Under the pieces are notes generated by a model. The model was not told the DNA's origin. It searched no databases and saw only the letters and a list, made by a program, of their open reading frames with translations. Made by a program: the position numbers and the translations under genes. From Eledone cirrhosa (taxonomy: Eukaryota), in the NCBI GenBank assembly GCA_964016885.1, contig OZ024747.1, positions 83,204,001-83,268,000 of the forward strand: a stretch of DNA of 64,000 nucleotides. Reading direction: 5' to 3'. Positions within the stretch are counted from its first letter, which is position 1; the number at the start of each line of letters is the position of its first letter. Shown here piece after piece: positions 10,501 through 25,500 of this stretch.

Positions 10501-13500
10501 ATGTTGTTGTTGTCATTGATGTTATTGTTGTCAGTGATGTTGTTGTTGTCAGTGATGTTGTTGTTGTCAGTGATGTTGTTGTTGTCAGTGATGTTGTTGT
10601 TGTCAGTGATGTTGTTGTCATTGATGTTGTTGTCATTGATGTTGTTGTTGTCAGTGATGTTGTTGTTGTCATTGATAATGTTGTTGTCAGTGATGTTGTT
10701 GTTGTCATTGTTGTTGTTGTCATTGATGTTGTTGTCTGTGATGTTGTTGTCAGTGATGTTGTTGTCAGTGATGTTGTTGTTGTCATTGATGTTGTTGTTG
10801 TCATTGATGTTGTTGTTGTCAGTGATGTTGTTGTTGTCATTGATGTTGTTGTTGTCAGTGATGTTGTTGTTGTCATTGTTGTTGTTGTCATTGATGTTGT
10901 TATTGTCAGTGATGTTGTTGTTGTCAGTGATGTTGTTGTTGTCAGTGATGTTGTTGTTGTCATTGATGTTATTGTTGTCAGTGATGTTGTTGTTGTCAGT
11001 GATGTTGTTGTTGTCATTGATGTTGTTGTTGTCAGTGATGTTGTTGTCATTGATGTTGTTGTCAGTGATGTTGTTGTTGTCATTGATGTTGTTGTTGTCA
11101 TTGATGTTGTTGTTGTCATTGATGTTGTTGTTGTCAGTGATGTTGTTGTTGTCAGTGATGTTGTTGTCATTGATGTTGTTGTTGTCATTGATGTTATTGT
11201 CAGTGATGTTGTTGTTGTCATTGATGTTGTTGTTGTCAGTGATGTTGTTGTTGTCAGTGATGTTGTTGTCATTGATGTTGTTGTTGTCATTGATGTTGTT
11301 GTCATTGATGTTGTTGTTGTCATTGATGTTGTTGTTGTCATTGATGTTGTTGTTGTCATTGATGTTGTTGTTGTCAGTGATGTTGTTGTTGTCAGTGATG
11401 TTGTTGTTGTCATTGATGTTGTTGTTGTCAGTGATGTTGTTGTTGTCATTTATGTTGTTATTGTCAGTGATGTTGTTGTTGTCATTGATATTGTTGTTGT
11501 CATTGATGTTGTTGTTGTCAGTGATGTTGTTGTTGTCATTAATGTTATTGTCAGTGATGTTGTTGTTGTCATTGATGTTGTTGTTGTCATTGATGTTGTT
11601 GTTGTCAGTGATGTTGTTGTTGTCAGTGATGTTGTTGTTGTCAGTGATGTTGTTGTTGTCATTGATGTTATTGTCATTGATGTTGTTGTTGTCATTGATG
11701 TTGTTGTTGTCATTGATGTTGTTGTCATTGATGTTGTTGTTGTCATTGATGTTATTGTCATTGATGTTGTTGTTGTCATTGATGTTGTTGTTGTCATTGA
11801 TGTTGTTGTTGTCATTGATGTTATTGTCATTGATGTTGTTGTTGTCATTGATGTTGTTGTTGTCAGTGATGTTGTTGTTGTCAGTGATGTTGTTGTTGTC
11901 ATTGATGTTATTGTCATTGATGTTGTTGTTGTCATTGATGTTGTTGTTGTCATTGATGTTGTTGTTGTCATTGATGTTATTGTCATTGATGTTGTTGTTG
12001 TCATTGATGTTGTTGTTGTCATTGATGTTGTTGTTGTCATTGATGTTATTGTCATTGATGTTGTTGTTGTCATTGATGTTGTTGTTGTCATTGATGTTGT
12101 TGTTGTCAGTGATGTTGTTGTTGTCAGTGATGTTGTTGTTGTCATTGATGTTGTTGTTGTCAGTGATGTTGTTGTTGTCATTGATGTTGTTGTTGTCAGT
12201 GATGTTGTTGTTGTCATTGATGTTGTTGTTGTCAGTGATGTTGTTGTCAGTGATGTTGTTGTTGTCGTTGATGTTGTTATTGTCATTGATGTTGTTGTTG
12301 TCATTGATGTTGTTATTGTCATTGATGTTGTTGTTGTCATTGATGTTGTTGTTGTCAGTGATGTTGTTGTTGTCAGTGATGTTGTTATTGTCAGTGATGT
12401 TGTTGTTGTCAGTGATGTTGTTGTTGTCATTGATGTTGTTGTTGTCAGTGATGTTGTTGTTGTCATTGATGTTGTTGTTGTCAGTGATGTTGTTGTCAGT
12501 GATGTTGTTGTTGTCATTGATGTTGTTGTTGTCAGTGATGTTGTTGTTGTCATTGATGTTGTTGTTGTCGTTGATGTTGTTATTGTCATTGATGTTGTTG
12601 TTGTCATTGATGTTGTTATTGTCATTGATGTTGTTGTTGTCATTGATGTTGTTGTTGTCAGTGATGTTGTTGTTGTCATTGATGTTGTTGTTGTCAGTGA
12701 TGTTGTTGTTGTCATTGATGTTGTTGTTGTCATTGATGTTGTTGTTGTCAGTGATGTTGTTGTCAGTGATGTTGTTGTCATTGATGTTGTTGTTGTCACT
12801 GATGTTGTTGTTGTCATTGATGTTGTTGTTGTCAGTGATGTTGTTGTTGTCATTGATGTTGTTGTTGTCAGTGATGTTGTTGTCATTGATGTTGTTGTTG
12901 TCAGTGATGTTGTTGTCATTGTTGTTGTTGTCATTGATGTTGTTGTTGTCATTGATGTTGTTGTCATTGATGTTGTGGTTGTCATTGATGTTGTTGTTGT
13001 CATTTATGTTGTTTTCATTTATGTTTTTGTTGTCAGTGATGTTGTTGTTGTCATTGTTGTTGTTGTTGTCAGTGATGTTGTTGTCAGTGATGTTGTTGTT
13101 GTCATTGATGTTGTTGTCATTGATGTTGTTGTCAGTGATGTTGTTGTTGTCATTGATGTTGTTGTTGTTGATGTTGTTGTCAGTGATGTTGTTGTTTTCA
13201 TTGATGTTGTTGTTGTCAGTGATGTTGTTGTTGTCATTGATGTTGTTGTTGTTGATGTTGTTGTCAGTGATGTTGTTGTTGTCATTGATGTTGTTGTTGT
13301 TGATGTTGTTGTCAGTGATGTTGTTGTTTTCATTGATGTTGTTGTTGTCAGTGATGTTGTTGTTGTCATTGATGTTGTTGTCATTGATGTTGTTGTTGTC
13401 ATTGATGTTGTTGTCAGTGATGTTGTTGTTGTCATTGATGTTGTTGTTGTTGATGTTGTTGTCAGTGATGTTGTTGTTTTCATTGATGTTGTTGTTGTCA

Positions 13501-16500
13501 GTGATGTTGTTGTTGTCATTGATGTTGTTGTTGTTGATGTTGTTGTCAGTGATGTTGTTGTTGTCATTGATGTTGTTGTTGTTGATGTTGTTGTCAGTGA
13601 TGTTGTTGTTGTCAGTGATGTTGTTGTTGTCAGTGATGTTGTTGTTTTCATTGATGTTGTTGTTGTCACTGATGTTGTTGTTGTCATTGATGTTGTTGTT
13701 GTCAGTGATGTTGTTGTTGTCAGTGATGTTGTTGTTGTCATTGATGTTGTTGTTGTCAGTGATGTTGTTGTCAGTGATGTTGTTGTTGTCATTGATGTTG
13801 TTGTTGTCATTGATGTTGTTGTTGTCAGTGATGTTGTTGTCATTGATGTTATTGTCAGTGATGTTGTTGTTGTCATTGATGTTGTTGTTGTCAGTGATGT
13901 TGTTGTTGTCAGTGATGTTGTTGTTGTCAGTGATGTTGTTGTTGTCATTGATGTTGTTGTCATTGATGTTGTTGTTGTCAATGATGTTGTTGTTAGTGAT
14001 GTTGTTGTTGTCAGTGATGTTGTTGTTGTCAGTGATGTTGTTGTTGTCATTGTTGTTGTTGTCATTGATGTTGTTGTTGTCAATGATGTTGTTGTTAGTG
14101 ATGTTGTTGTTGTCAGTGATGTTGTTGTTGTCATTGATGTTGTTGTCATTGATGTTGTTGTTGTCAATGATGTTGTTGTCAGTGATGTTGTTGTTGTCAT
14201 TGATGTTGTTGTCAGTGATGTTGTTGTTGTCAGTGATGTTGTTGTTGTCAGTGATGTTGTTGTTGTCATTGATGTTATTGTCATTGATGTTGTTGTTGTC
14301 ATTGATGTTGTTGTTGTCAGTGATGTTGTTGTTGTCATTGATGTTGTTGTTGTCAGTGATGTTGTTGTCATTGATGTTGTTGTTGTCAGTGATGTTGTTG
14401 TTGTCATTGATGTTGTTGTTGTCAGTGATGTTGTTGTTGTCAGTGATGTTATTGTCATTGATGTTGTTGTTGTCATTGATGTTGTTGTTGTCATTGATGT
14501 TATTGTCATTGATGTTGTTGTTGTCATTGATGTTGTTGTTGTCAGTGATGTTGTTGTTGTCATTGATGTTGTTGTTGTCATTGATGTTGTTGTCATTGAT
14601 GTTATTGTCATTGATGTTGTTGTTGTCATTGATGTTATTGTCAGTGATGTTGTTGTTGTCAGTGATGTTGTTATTGTCAGTGATGTTGTTGTCAGTGATG
14701 TTGTTGTCATTGATGTTGTTGTTGTCAGTGATGTTGTTGTTGTCATTGATGTTGTTGTTGTCATTGATGTTGTTGTCAGTGATGTTGTTGTCATTGATGT
14801 TGTTGTTGTCAGTGATGTTGTTGTTGTCATTGATGTTGTTGTTGTCAGTGATGTTGTTGTTGTCATTGATGTTATTGTCAGTGATGTTGTTGTTGTCAGT
14901 GATGTTGTTGTTGTCAGTGATGTTGTTGTTGTCAGTGATGTTGTTGTTGTCAGTGATGTTGTTGTTGTCATTGATGTTATTGTCAGTGATGTTGTTGTTG
15001 TCAGTGATGTTGTTGTTGTCAGTGATGTTGTTGTTGTCAGTGATGTTGTTGTTGTCAGTGATGTTGTTGTTGTCATTGATGTTATTGTCAGTGATGTTGT
15101 TGTTGTCAGTGATGTTGTTGTCAGTGATGTTGTTGTTGTCATTGATGTTGTTGTCAGTGATGTTGTTGTTGTCATTGATGTTGTTGTTATCAGTGATGTT
15201 GTTGTTGTCATTGATGTTGTTGTTGTCATTGATGTTGTTGTTGTCATTGATGTTGTTGTTGTCATTGATGTTATTGTCATTGATGTTGTTGTTGTCATTG
15301 ATGTTATTGTCAGTGATGTTGTTGTTGTCAGTGATGTTGTTATTGTCAGTGATGTTGTTGTTGTCAGTGATGTTGTTGTCATTGATGTTGTTGTTGTCAG
15401 TGATGTTGTTGTTGTCATTGATGTTGTTGTTGTCAGTGATGTTGTTGTTGTCATTGATGTTATTGTCAGTGATGTTGTTGTTGTCATTGATGTTGTTGTT
15501 GTCATTGATGTTGTTGTTGTCAGTGATGTTGTTGTTGTCAGTGATGTTGTTGTTGTCAGTGATGTTGTTGTTGTCAGTGATGTTGTTGTCATTGATGTTG
15601 TTGTTGTCAGTGATGTTGTTGTTGTCATTGATGTTGTTGTTGTCAGTGATGTTGTTGTTGTCATTGATGTTATTGTCAGTGATGTTGTTGTTGTCATTGA
15701 TGTTGTTGTTGTCATTGATGTTGTTGTTGTCAGTGATGTTGTTGTTGTCAGTGATGTTGTTGTTGTCATTGATGTTATTGTCAGTGATGTTGTTGTTGTC
15801 AGTGATGTTGTTGTTGTCAGTGATGTTGTTGTTGTCATTGATGTTGTTGTTGTCATTGATGTTATTGTCAGTGATGTTGCTGTTATCAGTGATGTTGTTG
15901 TTGTCATTGATGTTATTGTCAGTGATGTTGTTGTTGTCATTGATGTTGTTGTTGTCATTGATGTTATTGTCAGTGATGTTGCTGTTGTCAGTGATGTTGT
16001 TGTTGTCATTGATGTTGTTGTCAGTGATGTTGTTGTTGTCATTGATGTTGTTGTTATCAGTGATGTTGTTGTTGTCATTGATGTTATTGTCAGTGATGTT
16101 GTTGTTGTCATTGATGTTGTTGTTGTCATTGATGTTATTGTCAGTGATGTTGTTGTTGTCAGTGATGTTGTTGTTGTCATTGATGTTGTTGTTGTCATTG
16201 ATGTTATTGTCAGTGATGTTGCTGTTGTCAGTGATGTTGTTGTTGTCAGTGATGTTGTTATTGTCAGTGATGTTGTTGTTGTCAGTGATGTTGTTGTTGT
16301 CAGTGATGTTGTTGTCATTGATGTTGTTGTCAGTGATGTTGTTGTTGTCAGTGATGTTGTTGTTGTCATTGATGTTGTTGTTGTCAGTGATGTTGTTGTC
16401 ATTGATGTTGTTGTTGTCATTGATGTTGTTGTTGTCATTGATGTTGTTGTTGTCATTGATGTTGTTGTTGTCAGTGATGTTGTTGTCAGTGATGTTGTTG

Positions 16501-19500
16501 TTGTCATATATGTTGTCATTGATGTTGTTGTTGTCAGTGATGTTGTCATTGATGTTGTTGTTGTCATTGATGTTGTTGTCATTGATGTTGTTGTTGTCAT
16601 TGAAGTTGTTGTCATTGATGTTGCTGTTGTCATTGATGTTGTTGTTGTCATTGATGTTGTTGTTGTCAGTGATGTTGTTGTCATTGATGTTGTTGTTGTC
16701 ATTGATGTTGTTGTTGTCAGTGATGTTGTTGTCAGTGATGTTGTTGTTGTCATTGATGTTGTTGTCATTGATGTTGTTATTGTCATTGATGTTGTTGCTG
16801 TCATTGATGTTGTTGTTGTCAGTGATGTTGTTGTTGTCAGTGATGTTGTTGTTGTCATTGATGTTGTTGTTGTCAGTGATATTGTTGTCATTGATGTTGT
16901 TGTTGTCATTGATGTTGTTGTTGTCATTGATGTTGTTGTCATTTATGTTGTTGTTGTCATTGAAGTTGTTGTTGTCATTGATTCTGTTGTCATTGATGTT
17001 GTTGTTGTCATTGAAGTTGTTGTCATTGATGTTGTTGTTGTCAGTGATGTTGTTGTCATTGTTGTTGTTGTCATTGATGTTGTTGTTGTCATTGATGTTG
17101 TTGTTGTCATTGATGTTGTTGTTGTCATTGATGTTGTTGTTGTCAGTGATGTTGTTGTCATTGATGTTGTTGTTGTCAGTGATGTTGTCATTGATGTTGT
17201 TGTTGTCATTGATGTTGTTGTTGTCATTGATGTTGTTGTTGTCATTGATGTTGTTGTTGTCAGTGATGTTGTTGTCATTGATGTTGTTGTTGTCATTGAT
17301 GTTGTTGTTGTCAGTGATGTTGTTGTTGTCAGTGATGTTGTTGTTGTCATTGAAGTTGTTGTTGTCATTGATGTTGTTATTGTCAGTGATGTTGTTGTTG
17401 TCATTGATGTTGTTGTTGTCATTGATGTTGTTGTTGTCAGTGATGTTGTTGTTGTCAGTGATGTTGTTGTTGTCATTGATGTTGTTGTTGTCAGTGATGT
17501 TGTTATTGTCAGTGATGTTGTTGTTGTCATTGATGTTGTTATTGTCAGTGATGTTGTTGTTGTCATTGATGTTGTTGTCAGTGATGTTGTTGTTGTCATT
17601 GAAGTTGTTGTTGTCATTGATGTTGTTATTGTCAGTGATGTTGTTGTTGTCATTGATGTTGTTGTTGTCATTGATGTTGTTGTTGTCAGTGATGTTGTTG
17701 TTGTCATTGATGTTGTTGTCATTGATGTTGTTGTCATTGATGTTGTTATTGTCAGTGATGTTGTTGTTGTCATTGATGTTGTTGTCAGTGATGTTGTTGT
17801 TGTCATTGATGTTGTTGTTGTCATTGATGTTGTTGTTGTCAGTGATGTTGTCATTGATGTTGTTGTTGTCATTGATGTTGTTGTCATTGATGTTGTTGTT
17901 GTCATTGATGTTATTGTCAGTGATGTTGTTGTTGTCAGTGATGTTGTTGTCAGTGATGTTGTTGTTGTCATTGATGTTGTTGTTGTTGTTGTCATTGATG
18001 TTGTTGTCATTGATGTTGTTGTTGTCAGTGATGTTGTTGTTGTCATTGATGTTATTGTTGTCAGTGATGTTGTTGTTGTCATTGATGTTGTTGTCAGTGA
18101 TGTTGTTGTTGTCATTGATGTTGTTGTCAGTGATGTTGTTGTTGTCATTGATGTTGTTGTCATTGATGTTGTTGTTGTCAGTGATGTTGTTGTTGTCATT
18201 GATGTTATTGTTGTCAGTGATGTTGTTGTTGTCATTGATGTTGTTGTCAGTGATGTTGTTGTTGTCAGTGATGTTGTTGTCAGTGATGTTGTTGTTGTCA
18301 TTGATGTTATTGTTGTCAGTGATGTTGTTGTTGTCATTGATGTTGTTGTTGTCAGTGATGTTGTTGTTGTCAGTGATGTTGTTGTTGTCAGTGATGTTGT
18401 TGTTATTGATGTTGTTGTTGTCATTGATGTTGTTGTTGTCATTGATGTTGTTGTTGTCATTGATGTTGTTGTTGTCATTGATGTTGTTATTGTCATTGAT
18501 GTTGTTGTTGTCAGTGATGTTGTTGTTGTCATTGATGTTGTTGTTGTCATTGATGTTGTTGTTGTCATTGATGTTGTTGTTGTCATTGATGTTGTTGTTG
18601 TCAGTGATGTTGTTGTCATTGATGTTGTTGTTGTCATTGATGTTGTTGTTGTCATTTATGTTGTTGTTGTCATTGAAGTTGTTGTCATTGATGTTGTTGT
18701 CATTGATGTTGTTGTCATTGATGTTGTTGTTGTCATTGATGTTGTTGTTGTCATTGATGTTGTTGTTGTCATTGAAGTTGTTGTTGTCATTGATGTTGTT
18801 GTTGTCAGTGATGTTGTTGTCATTGATGTTGTTGTCATTGATGTTGTTGTTGTCATTGATGTTGTTGTTGTCATTGATGTTGTTGTTGTCAGTGATGTTG
18901 TTGTCGGTGATGTTGTTGTTGTCATTGATGTTGTTGTTGTCATTGATGTTGTTGTTGTCAGTGATGTTGTTGTCATTGAAGTTGTTGTTGTCATTGATGT
19001 TATTGTCAGTGATGTTGTTGTTGTCATTGATGTTGTTGTTGTCATTGATGTTGTTGTTGTCAGTGATATTGTTGTTGTCATTGATGTTGTTGTTGTCAGT
19101 GATGTTGTTGTTGTTGATGTTTTTGTTGTCAGTGATGTTGTTGTTGTCATTGATGTTGTTGTTGTCAGTGATGTTGTTGTTGTCAGTGATGTTGTTGTTG
19201 TTGATGTTGTTGTTGTCAGTGATGTTGTTGTTGTCATTGATGTTGTTGTTGTCAGTGATGTTGTTGTTGTCAGTGATGTTGTTGTTGTCATTGATGTTGT
19301 TGTTGTTGATGTTGTCAGTGATGTTGTTGTCATTGATGTTGTTGTTGTCATTGATGTTGTTGTCAGTGATGTTGTTGTCAGTGATGTTGTTGTTGTCAGT
19401 GATGTTGTTGTTGTCATTGATGTTGTTGTTGTCATTGATGTTGTTGTTGTCATTGATGTTGTTGTTGATGTTGTTGTTGTCATTGATGTTATTGTCATTG

Positions 19501-22500
19501 ATGTTGTTGTTGTCAGTGATGTTGTTGTCAGTGATGTTGTTGTTGTTGATGTTGTTGTTGTCATTGATGTTGTTGTCGTCATTGATGTTGTTGTTGTCAG
19601 TGATGTTGTTATTGTCAGTGATGTTGTTGTTGTCAGTGATGTTGTTGTTGTCATTGATGTTGTTGTTGTCAGTGATGTTGTTGTTGTCATTGATGTTGTT
19701 GTTGTCATTGATGTTGTTATTGTCATTGATGTTGTTGTCATTGATGTTGTTGTTGTCATTGATGTTGTTGTTGTCATTGATGTTGTTGTTGTCATTGATG
19801 TTGTCAGTGATGTTGTTGTTGTCAGTGATGTTGTTGTTGTCAGTGATGTTGTTGTTGTCAGTGATGTTGTTGTTGTCAGTGATGTTGTTGTTGTCATTGA
19901 TGTTGTTGTTGTCATTGATGTTGTTGTTGTCATTGATGTTGTTGTTGTCATTGATGTTGTTGTTGTCATTGATGTTGTTGTTGTCATTGATGTTGTCAGT
20001 GATGTTGTTGTTGTCAGTGATGTTGTTGTTGTCAGTGATGTTGTTGTTGTCAGTGATGTTGTTGTTGTCAGTGATGTTGTTATTGTCATTGATGTTGTTA
20101 TTGTCATTGATGTTGTTGTTGTCATTGATGTTGTTGTTGTCATTGATGTTGTTGTTGTCATTGATGTTGTTGTTGTCATTGATGTTGTCAGTGATGTTGT
20201 TGTTGTCAGTGATGTTGTTGTTGTCAGTGATGTTGTTGTTGTCAGTGATGTTGTTGTTGTCAGTGATGTTGTTATTGTCATTGATGTTGTTATTGTCATT
20301 GATGTTGTTGTTGTCATTGATGTTGTTGTTGTCATTGATGTTGTTGTTGTCATTGATGTTGTTGTTGTCATTGATGTTGTTGTTGTCATTGATGTTGTTG
20401 TTGTCATTGATGTTGTTGTTGTCATTGATGTTGTTGTTGTCAGTGATGTTATTGTCAGTGATGTTGTTGTCATTGATGTTGTTGTTGTCATTGATGTTGT
20501 TGTTGTCAGTGATGTTATTGTCAGTGATGTTGTTGTCAGTGATGTTGTTGTTGTCATTGATGTTGTTGTTGTCAGTGATGTTGTTGTTGTCAGTGATGTT
20601 GTTGTTGTCAGTGATGTTGTTGTTGTCAGTGATGTTGTTGTTGTCATTGTTGTTGTTGTCATTGATGTTGTTGTTGTGTGATGTTGTTAGTGATGTTGTT
20701 GTTGTCAGTGATGTTGTTGTTGTCATTGATGTTGTTGTTGTCATTGATGTTGTTGTTGTCAATGATGTTGTTGTTGTCAGTGATGTTGTTGTTGTCATTG
20801 ATGTTGTTGTCAGTGATGTTGTTGTTGTCAGTGATGTTGTTGTTGTCATTGATGTTGTTATTGTCATTGATGTTGTTGTTGTCATTGATGTTGTTGTTGT
20901 CAGTGATGTTGTTGTTGTCATTGATGTTATTGTCATTGATGTTCTTGTTGTCAGTGATGTTGTTGTTGTCAGTGATGTTGTTGTTGTCAGTGATGTTATT
21001 GTCATTGATGTTGTTGTTGTCATTGATGTTGTTGTTGTCAGTGATGTTGTTGTTGTCATTGATGTTATTGTCAGTGATGTTGTTGTTGTCATTGATGTTG
21101 TTGTTGTCATTGATGTTGTTGTTGTCAGTGATGTTGTTGTTGTCATTGATGTTATTGTCAGTGATGTTGTTGTTGTCAGTGATGTTGTTGTTGTCATTGA
21201 TGTTGTTGTTGTCAGTGATGTTGTTGTCATTGATGTTGTTGTTGTCAGTGATGTTGTTGTTGTCATTGATGTTGTTGTTGTCAGTGATGTTGTTGTTGTC
21301 ATTGATGTTATTGTCAGTGATGTTGTTGTTGTCATTGATGTTGTTGTTGTCATTGATGTTGTTGTTGTCAGTGATGTTGTTGTTGTCAGTGATGTTGTTG
21401 TTGTCAGTGATGTTGTTGTTGTCATTGATGTTATTGTCAGTGATGTTGTTGTTGTCATTGATGTTGTTGTTGTCAGTGATGTTGTTGTTGTCATTGATGT
21501 TATTGTCAGTGATGTTGTTGTTGTCATTGATGTTGTTGTTGTCATTGATGTTATTGTCAGTGATGTTGTTGTTGTCAGTGATGTTGTTGTTGTCAGTGAT
21601 GTTGTTGTTGTCATTGATGTTATTGTCAGTGATGTTGTTGTTGTCATTGATGTTGTTGTTGTCATTGATGTTGTTGTTGTCATTGATGTTGTTGTTGTCA
21701 TTGATGTTGTTGTTGTCAGTGATGTTGTTGTTGTCATATATGTTGTCATTGATGTTGTTGTTGTCATTGATGTTGTTGTTGTCATTGATGTTGTTGTTGT
21801 CAGTGATGTTGTTGTTGTCATATATGTTGTCAGTGATGTTGTTGTTGTCAGTGATGTTGTTATTGTCAGTGATGTTGTTGTTGTCAGTGATGTTGTTGTT
21901 GTCAGTGATGTTGTTGTCATTGATGTTGTTGTCAGTGATGTTGTTGTTGTCAGTGATGTTGTTGTTGTCATTGATGTTGTTGTTGTCAGTGATGTTGTTG
22001 TCATTGATGTTGTTGTTGTCATTGATGTTGTTGTTGTCATTGATGTTGTTGTTGTCATTGATGTTGTTGTTGTCAGTGATGTTGTTGTTGTCATATATGT
22101 TGTCATTGATGTTGTTGTTGTCAGTGATGTTGTCATTGATGTTGTTGTTGTCATTGATGTTGTTGTCATTGATGTTGTTGTTGTCATTGAAGTTGTTGTC
22201 ATTGATGTTGTTGTTGTCATTGATGTTGTTGTCAGTGATGTTGTTGTCATTGATGTTGTTGTTGTCATTGATGTTGTTGTTGTCAGTGATGTTGTTGTCA
22301 GTGATGTTGTTGTTGTCATTGATGTTGTTGTCATTGATGTTGTTATTGTCATTGATGTTGTTGCTGTCATTGATGTTGTTGTTGTCATTGATGTTGTTGT
22401 TGTCAGTGATGTTGTTGTTGTCATTGATGTTGTTGTCATTGATGTTGTTATTGTCATTGATGTTGTTGCTGTCATTGATGTTGTTGTCAGTGATGTTGTT

Positions 22501-25500
22501 GTTGTCAGTGATGTTGTTGTTGTCAGTGATGTTGTTGTTGTCAGTGATGTTGTTGTCATTGATGTTGTTGTTGTCAGTGATGTTGTTGTTGTCAGTGATG
22601 TTGTTGTTGTCAGTGATGTTGTTGTTGTCATTGATGTTGTTGTTGTCAGTGATATTGTTGTCATTGATGTTGTTGTTGTCATTGATGTTGTTGTTGTCAT
22701 TGATGTTGTTGTCATTTATGTTGTTGTTGTCATTGAAGTTGTTGTCATTGATGTTGTTGTTGTCAGTGATGTTGTTGTCATTGTTGTTGTTGTCATTGAT
22801 GTTGTTGTTGTCATTGATGTTGTTGTTGTCATTTATGTTGTTGTTGTCATTTATGTTTTTGTTCTCAGTGATGTTGTCATTGATGTTGTTGTTGTCATTG
22901 ATGTTGTTGTTGTCATTGATGTTGTTGTTGTCAGTGATGTTGTTGTTGTCATTGATGTTGTTGTTGTCATTGATGTTGTTGTTGTCAGTGATGTTGTTGT
23001 CATTGATGTTGTTGTTGTCATTGATGTTGTTGTTGTCATTGATGTTGTTGTTGTCATTGATGTTGTTGTTGTCAGTGATGTTGTCATTGATGTTGTTGTT
23101 GTCATTGATGTTGTTGTTGTCATTGATGTTGTTGTTGTCATTGATGTTGTTGTTGTCAGTGATGTTGTTGTCATTGATGTTGTTGTTGTCATTGATGTTG
23201 TTGTTGTCATTGATGTTGTTGTTGTCAGTGATGTTGTTGTTGTCAGTGATGTTGTTGTTGTCATTGATGTTGTTATTGTCAGTGATGTTGTTGTTGTCAT
23301 TGATGTTGTTGTTGTCAGTGATGTTGTTGTTGTCAGTGATGTTGTTATTGTCAGTGATGTTGTTGTTGTCATTGATGTTGTTATTGTCAGTGATGTTGTT
23401 GTTGTCATTGATGTTGTTGTCAGTGATGTTGTTGTTGTCATTGAAGTTGTTGTTGTCATTGATGTTGTTATTGTCAGTGATGTTGTTGTTGTCATTGATG
23501 TTGTTGTTGTCATTGATGTTGTTGTTGTCAGTGATGTTGTTGTTGTCATTGATGTTGTTGTTGTCATTGATGTTGTTGTTGTCATTGATGTTGTTGTCAT
23601 TGATGTTGTTATTGTCAGTGATGTTGTTGTTGTCATTGATGTTGTTGTCAGTGATGTTGTTGTTGTCATTGATGTTGTTGTTGTCATTGATGTTGTTGTT
23701 GTCAGTGATGTTGTCATTGATGTTGTTGTTGTCATTGATGTTGTTGTTGTCATTGATGTTATTGTCATTGATGTTGTTGTTGTCATTGATGTTGTTGTTG
23801 TCAGTGATGTTGTTGTTGTCATTGATGTTGTTGTTGTCATTGATGTTGTTGTCATTGATGTTATTGTCATTGATGTTGTTGTTGTCATTGATGTTATTGT
23901 CAGTGATGTTGTTGTTGTCAGTGATGTTGTTATTGTCAGTGATGTTGTTGTTGTCAGTGATGTTGTTGTCATTGATGTTGTTGTTGTCAGTGATGTTGTT
24001 GTTGTCATTGATGTTGTTGTTGTCAGTGATGTTGTTGTTGTCATTGATGTTATTGTCAGTGATGTTGTTGTTGTCATTGATGTTGTTGTTGTCATTGATG
24101 TTGTTGTTGTCAGTGATGTTGTTGTTGTCAGTGATGTTGTTGTTGTCAGTGATGTTGTTGTTGTCATTGATGTTATTGTCAGTGATGTTGTTGTTGTCAG
24201 TGATGTTGTTGTTGTCAGTGATGTTGTTGTTGTCATTGATGTTGTTGTTGTCAGTGATGTTGTTGTTGTCATTGATGTTGTTGTTGTCATTGATGTTGTT
24301 GTCAGTGATGTTGTTGTTGTCATTGATGTTATTGTCAGTGATGTTGCTGTTGTCAGTGATGTTGTTGTTGTCAGTGATGTTGTTGTCAGTGATGTTGTTG
24401 TTGTCATTGATGTTGTTGTCAGTGATGTTGTTGTTGTCAGTGATGTTGTTGTTGTCAGTGATGTTGTTGTTGTCATTGATGTTGTTGTTGTCAGTGATGT
24501 TGTTGTTGTCATTGATGTTGTTGTTGTCATTGATGTTGTTGTCAGTGATGTTGTTGTTGTCATTGATGTTATTGTCAGTGATGTTGTTGTTGTCAGTGAT
24601 GTTGTTGTCAGTGATGTTGTTGTTGTCATTGATGTTGTTGTCATTGATGTTGTTGTTGTCAGTGATGTTGTTGTTGTCATTGATGTTGTTGTTGTCATTG
24701 ATGTTATTGTCAGTGATGTTGTTGTTGTCATTGATGTTATTGTCAGTGATGTTGCTGTTGTCAGTGATGTTGTTGTTGTCAGTGATGTTGTTGTCAGTGA
24801 TGTTGTTGTTGTCATTGATGTTGTTGTCAGTGATGTTGTTGTTGTCATTGATGTTGTTGTTATCAGTGATGTTGTTGTTGTCATTGATGTTATTGTCAGT
24901 GATGTTGTTGTTGTCATTGATGTTGTTGTTGTCATTGATGTTATTGTCAGTGATGTTGTTGTTGTCAGTGATGTTGTTGTTGTCATTGATGTTGTTGTTG
25001 TCATTGATGTTATTGTCAGTGATGTTGCTGTTGTCAGTGATGTTGTTGTTGTCAGTGATGTTGTTATTGTCAGTGATGTTGTTGTTGTCAGTGATGTTGT
25101 TGTTGTCAGTGATGTTGTTGTCATTGATGTTGTTGTCAGTGATGTTGTTGTTGTCAGTGATGTTGTTGTTGTCATTGATGTTGTTGTTGTCATTGATGTT
25201 ATTGTCAGTGATGTTGTTGTTGTCAGTGATGTTGTTGTTGTCATTGATGTTATTGTCAGTGATGTTGTTGTTGTCAGTGATGTTGTTGTTGTCATTGATG
25301 TTGTTGTTGTCATTGATGTTATTGTCAGTGATGTTGCTGTTGTCAGTGATGTTGTTGTTGTCAGTGATGTTGTTATTGTCAGTGATGTTGTTGTTGTCAG
25401 TGATGTTGTTGTTGTCAGTGATGTTGTTGTCATTGATGTTGTTGTCAGTGATGTTGTTGTTGTCAGTGATGTTGTTGTCATTGATGTTGTTGTTGTCATT

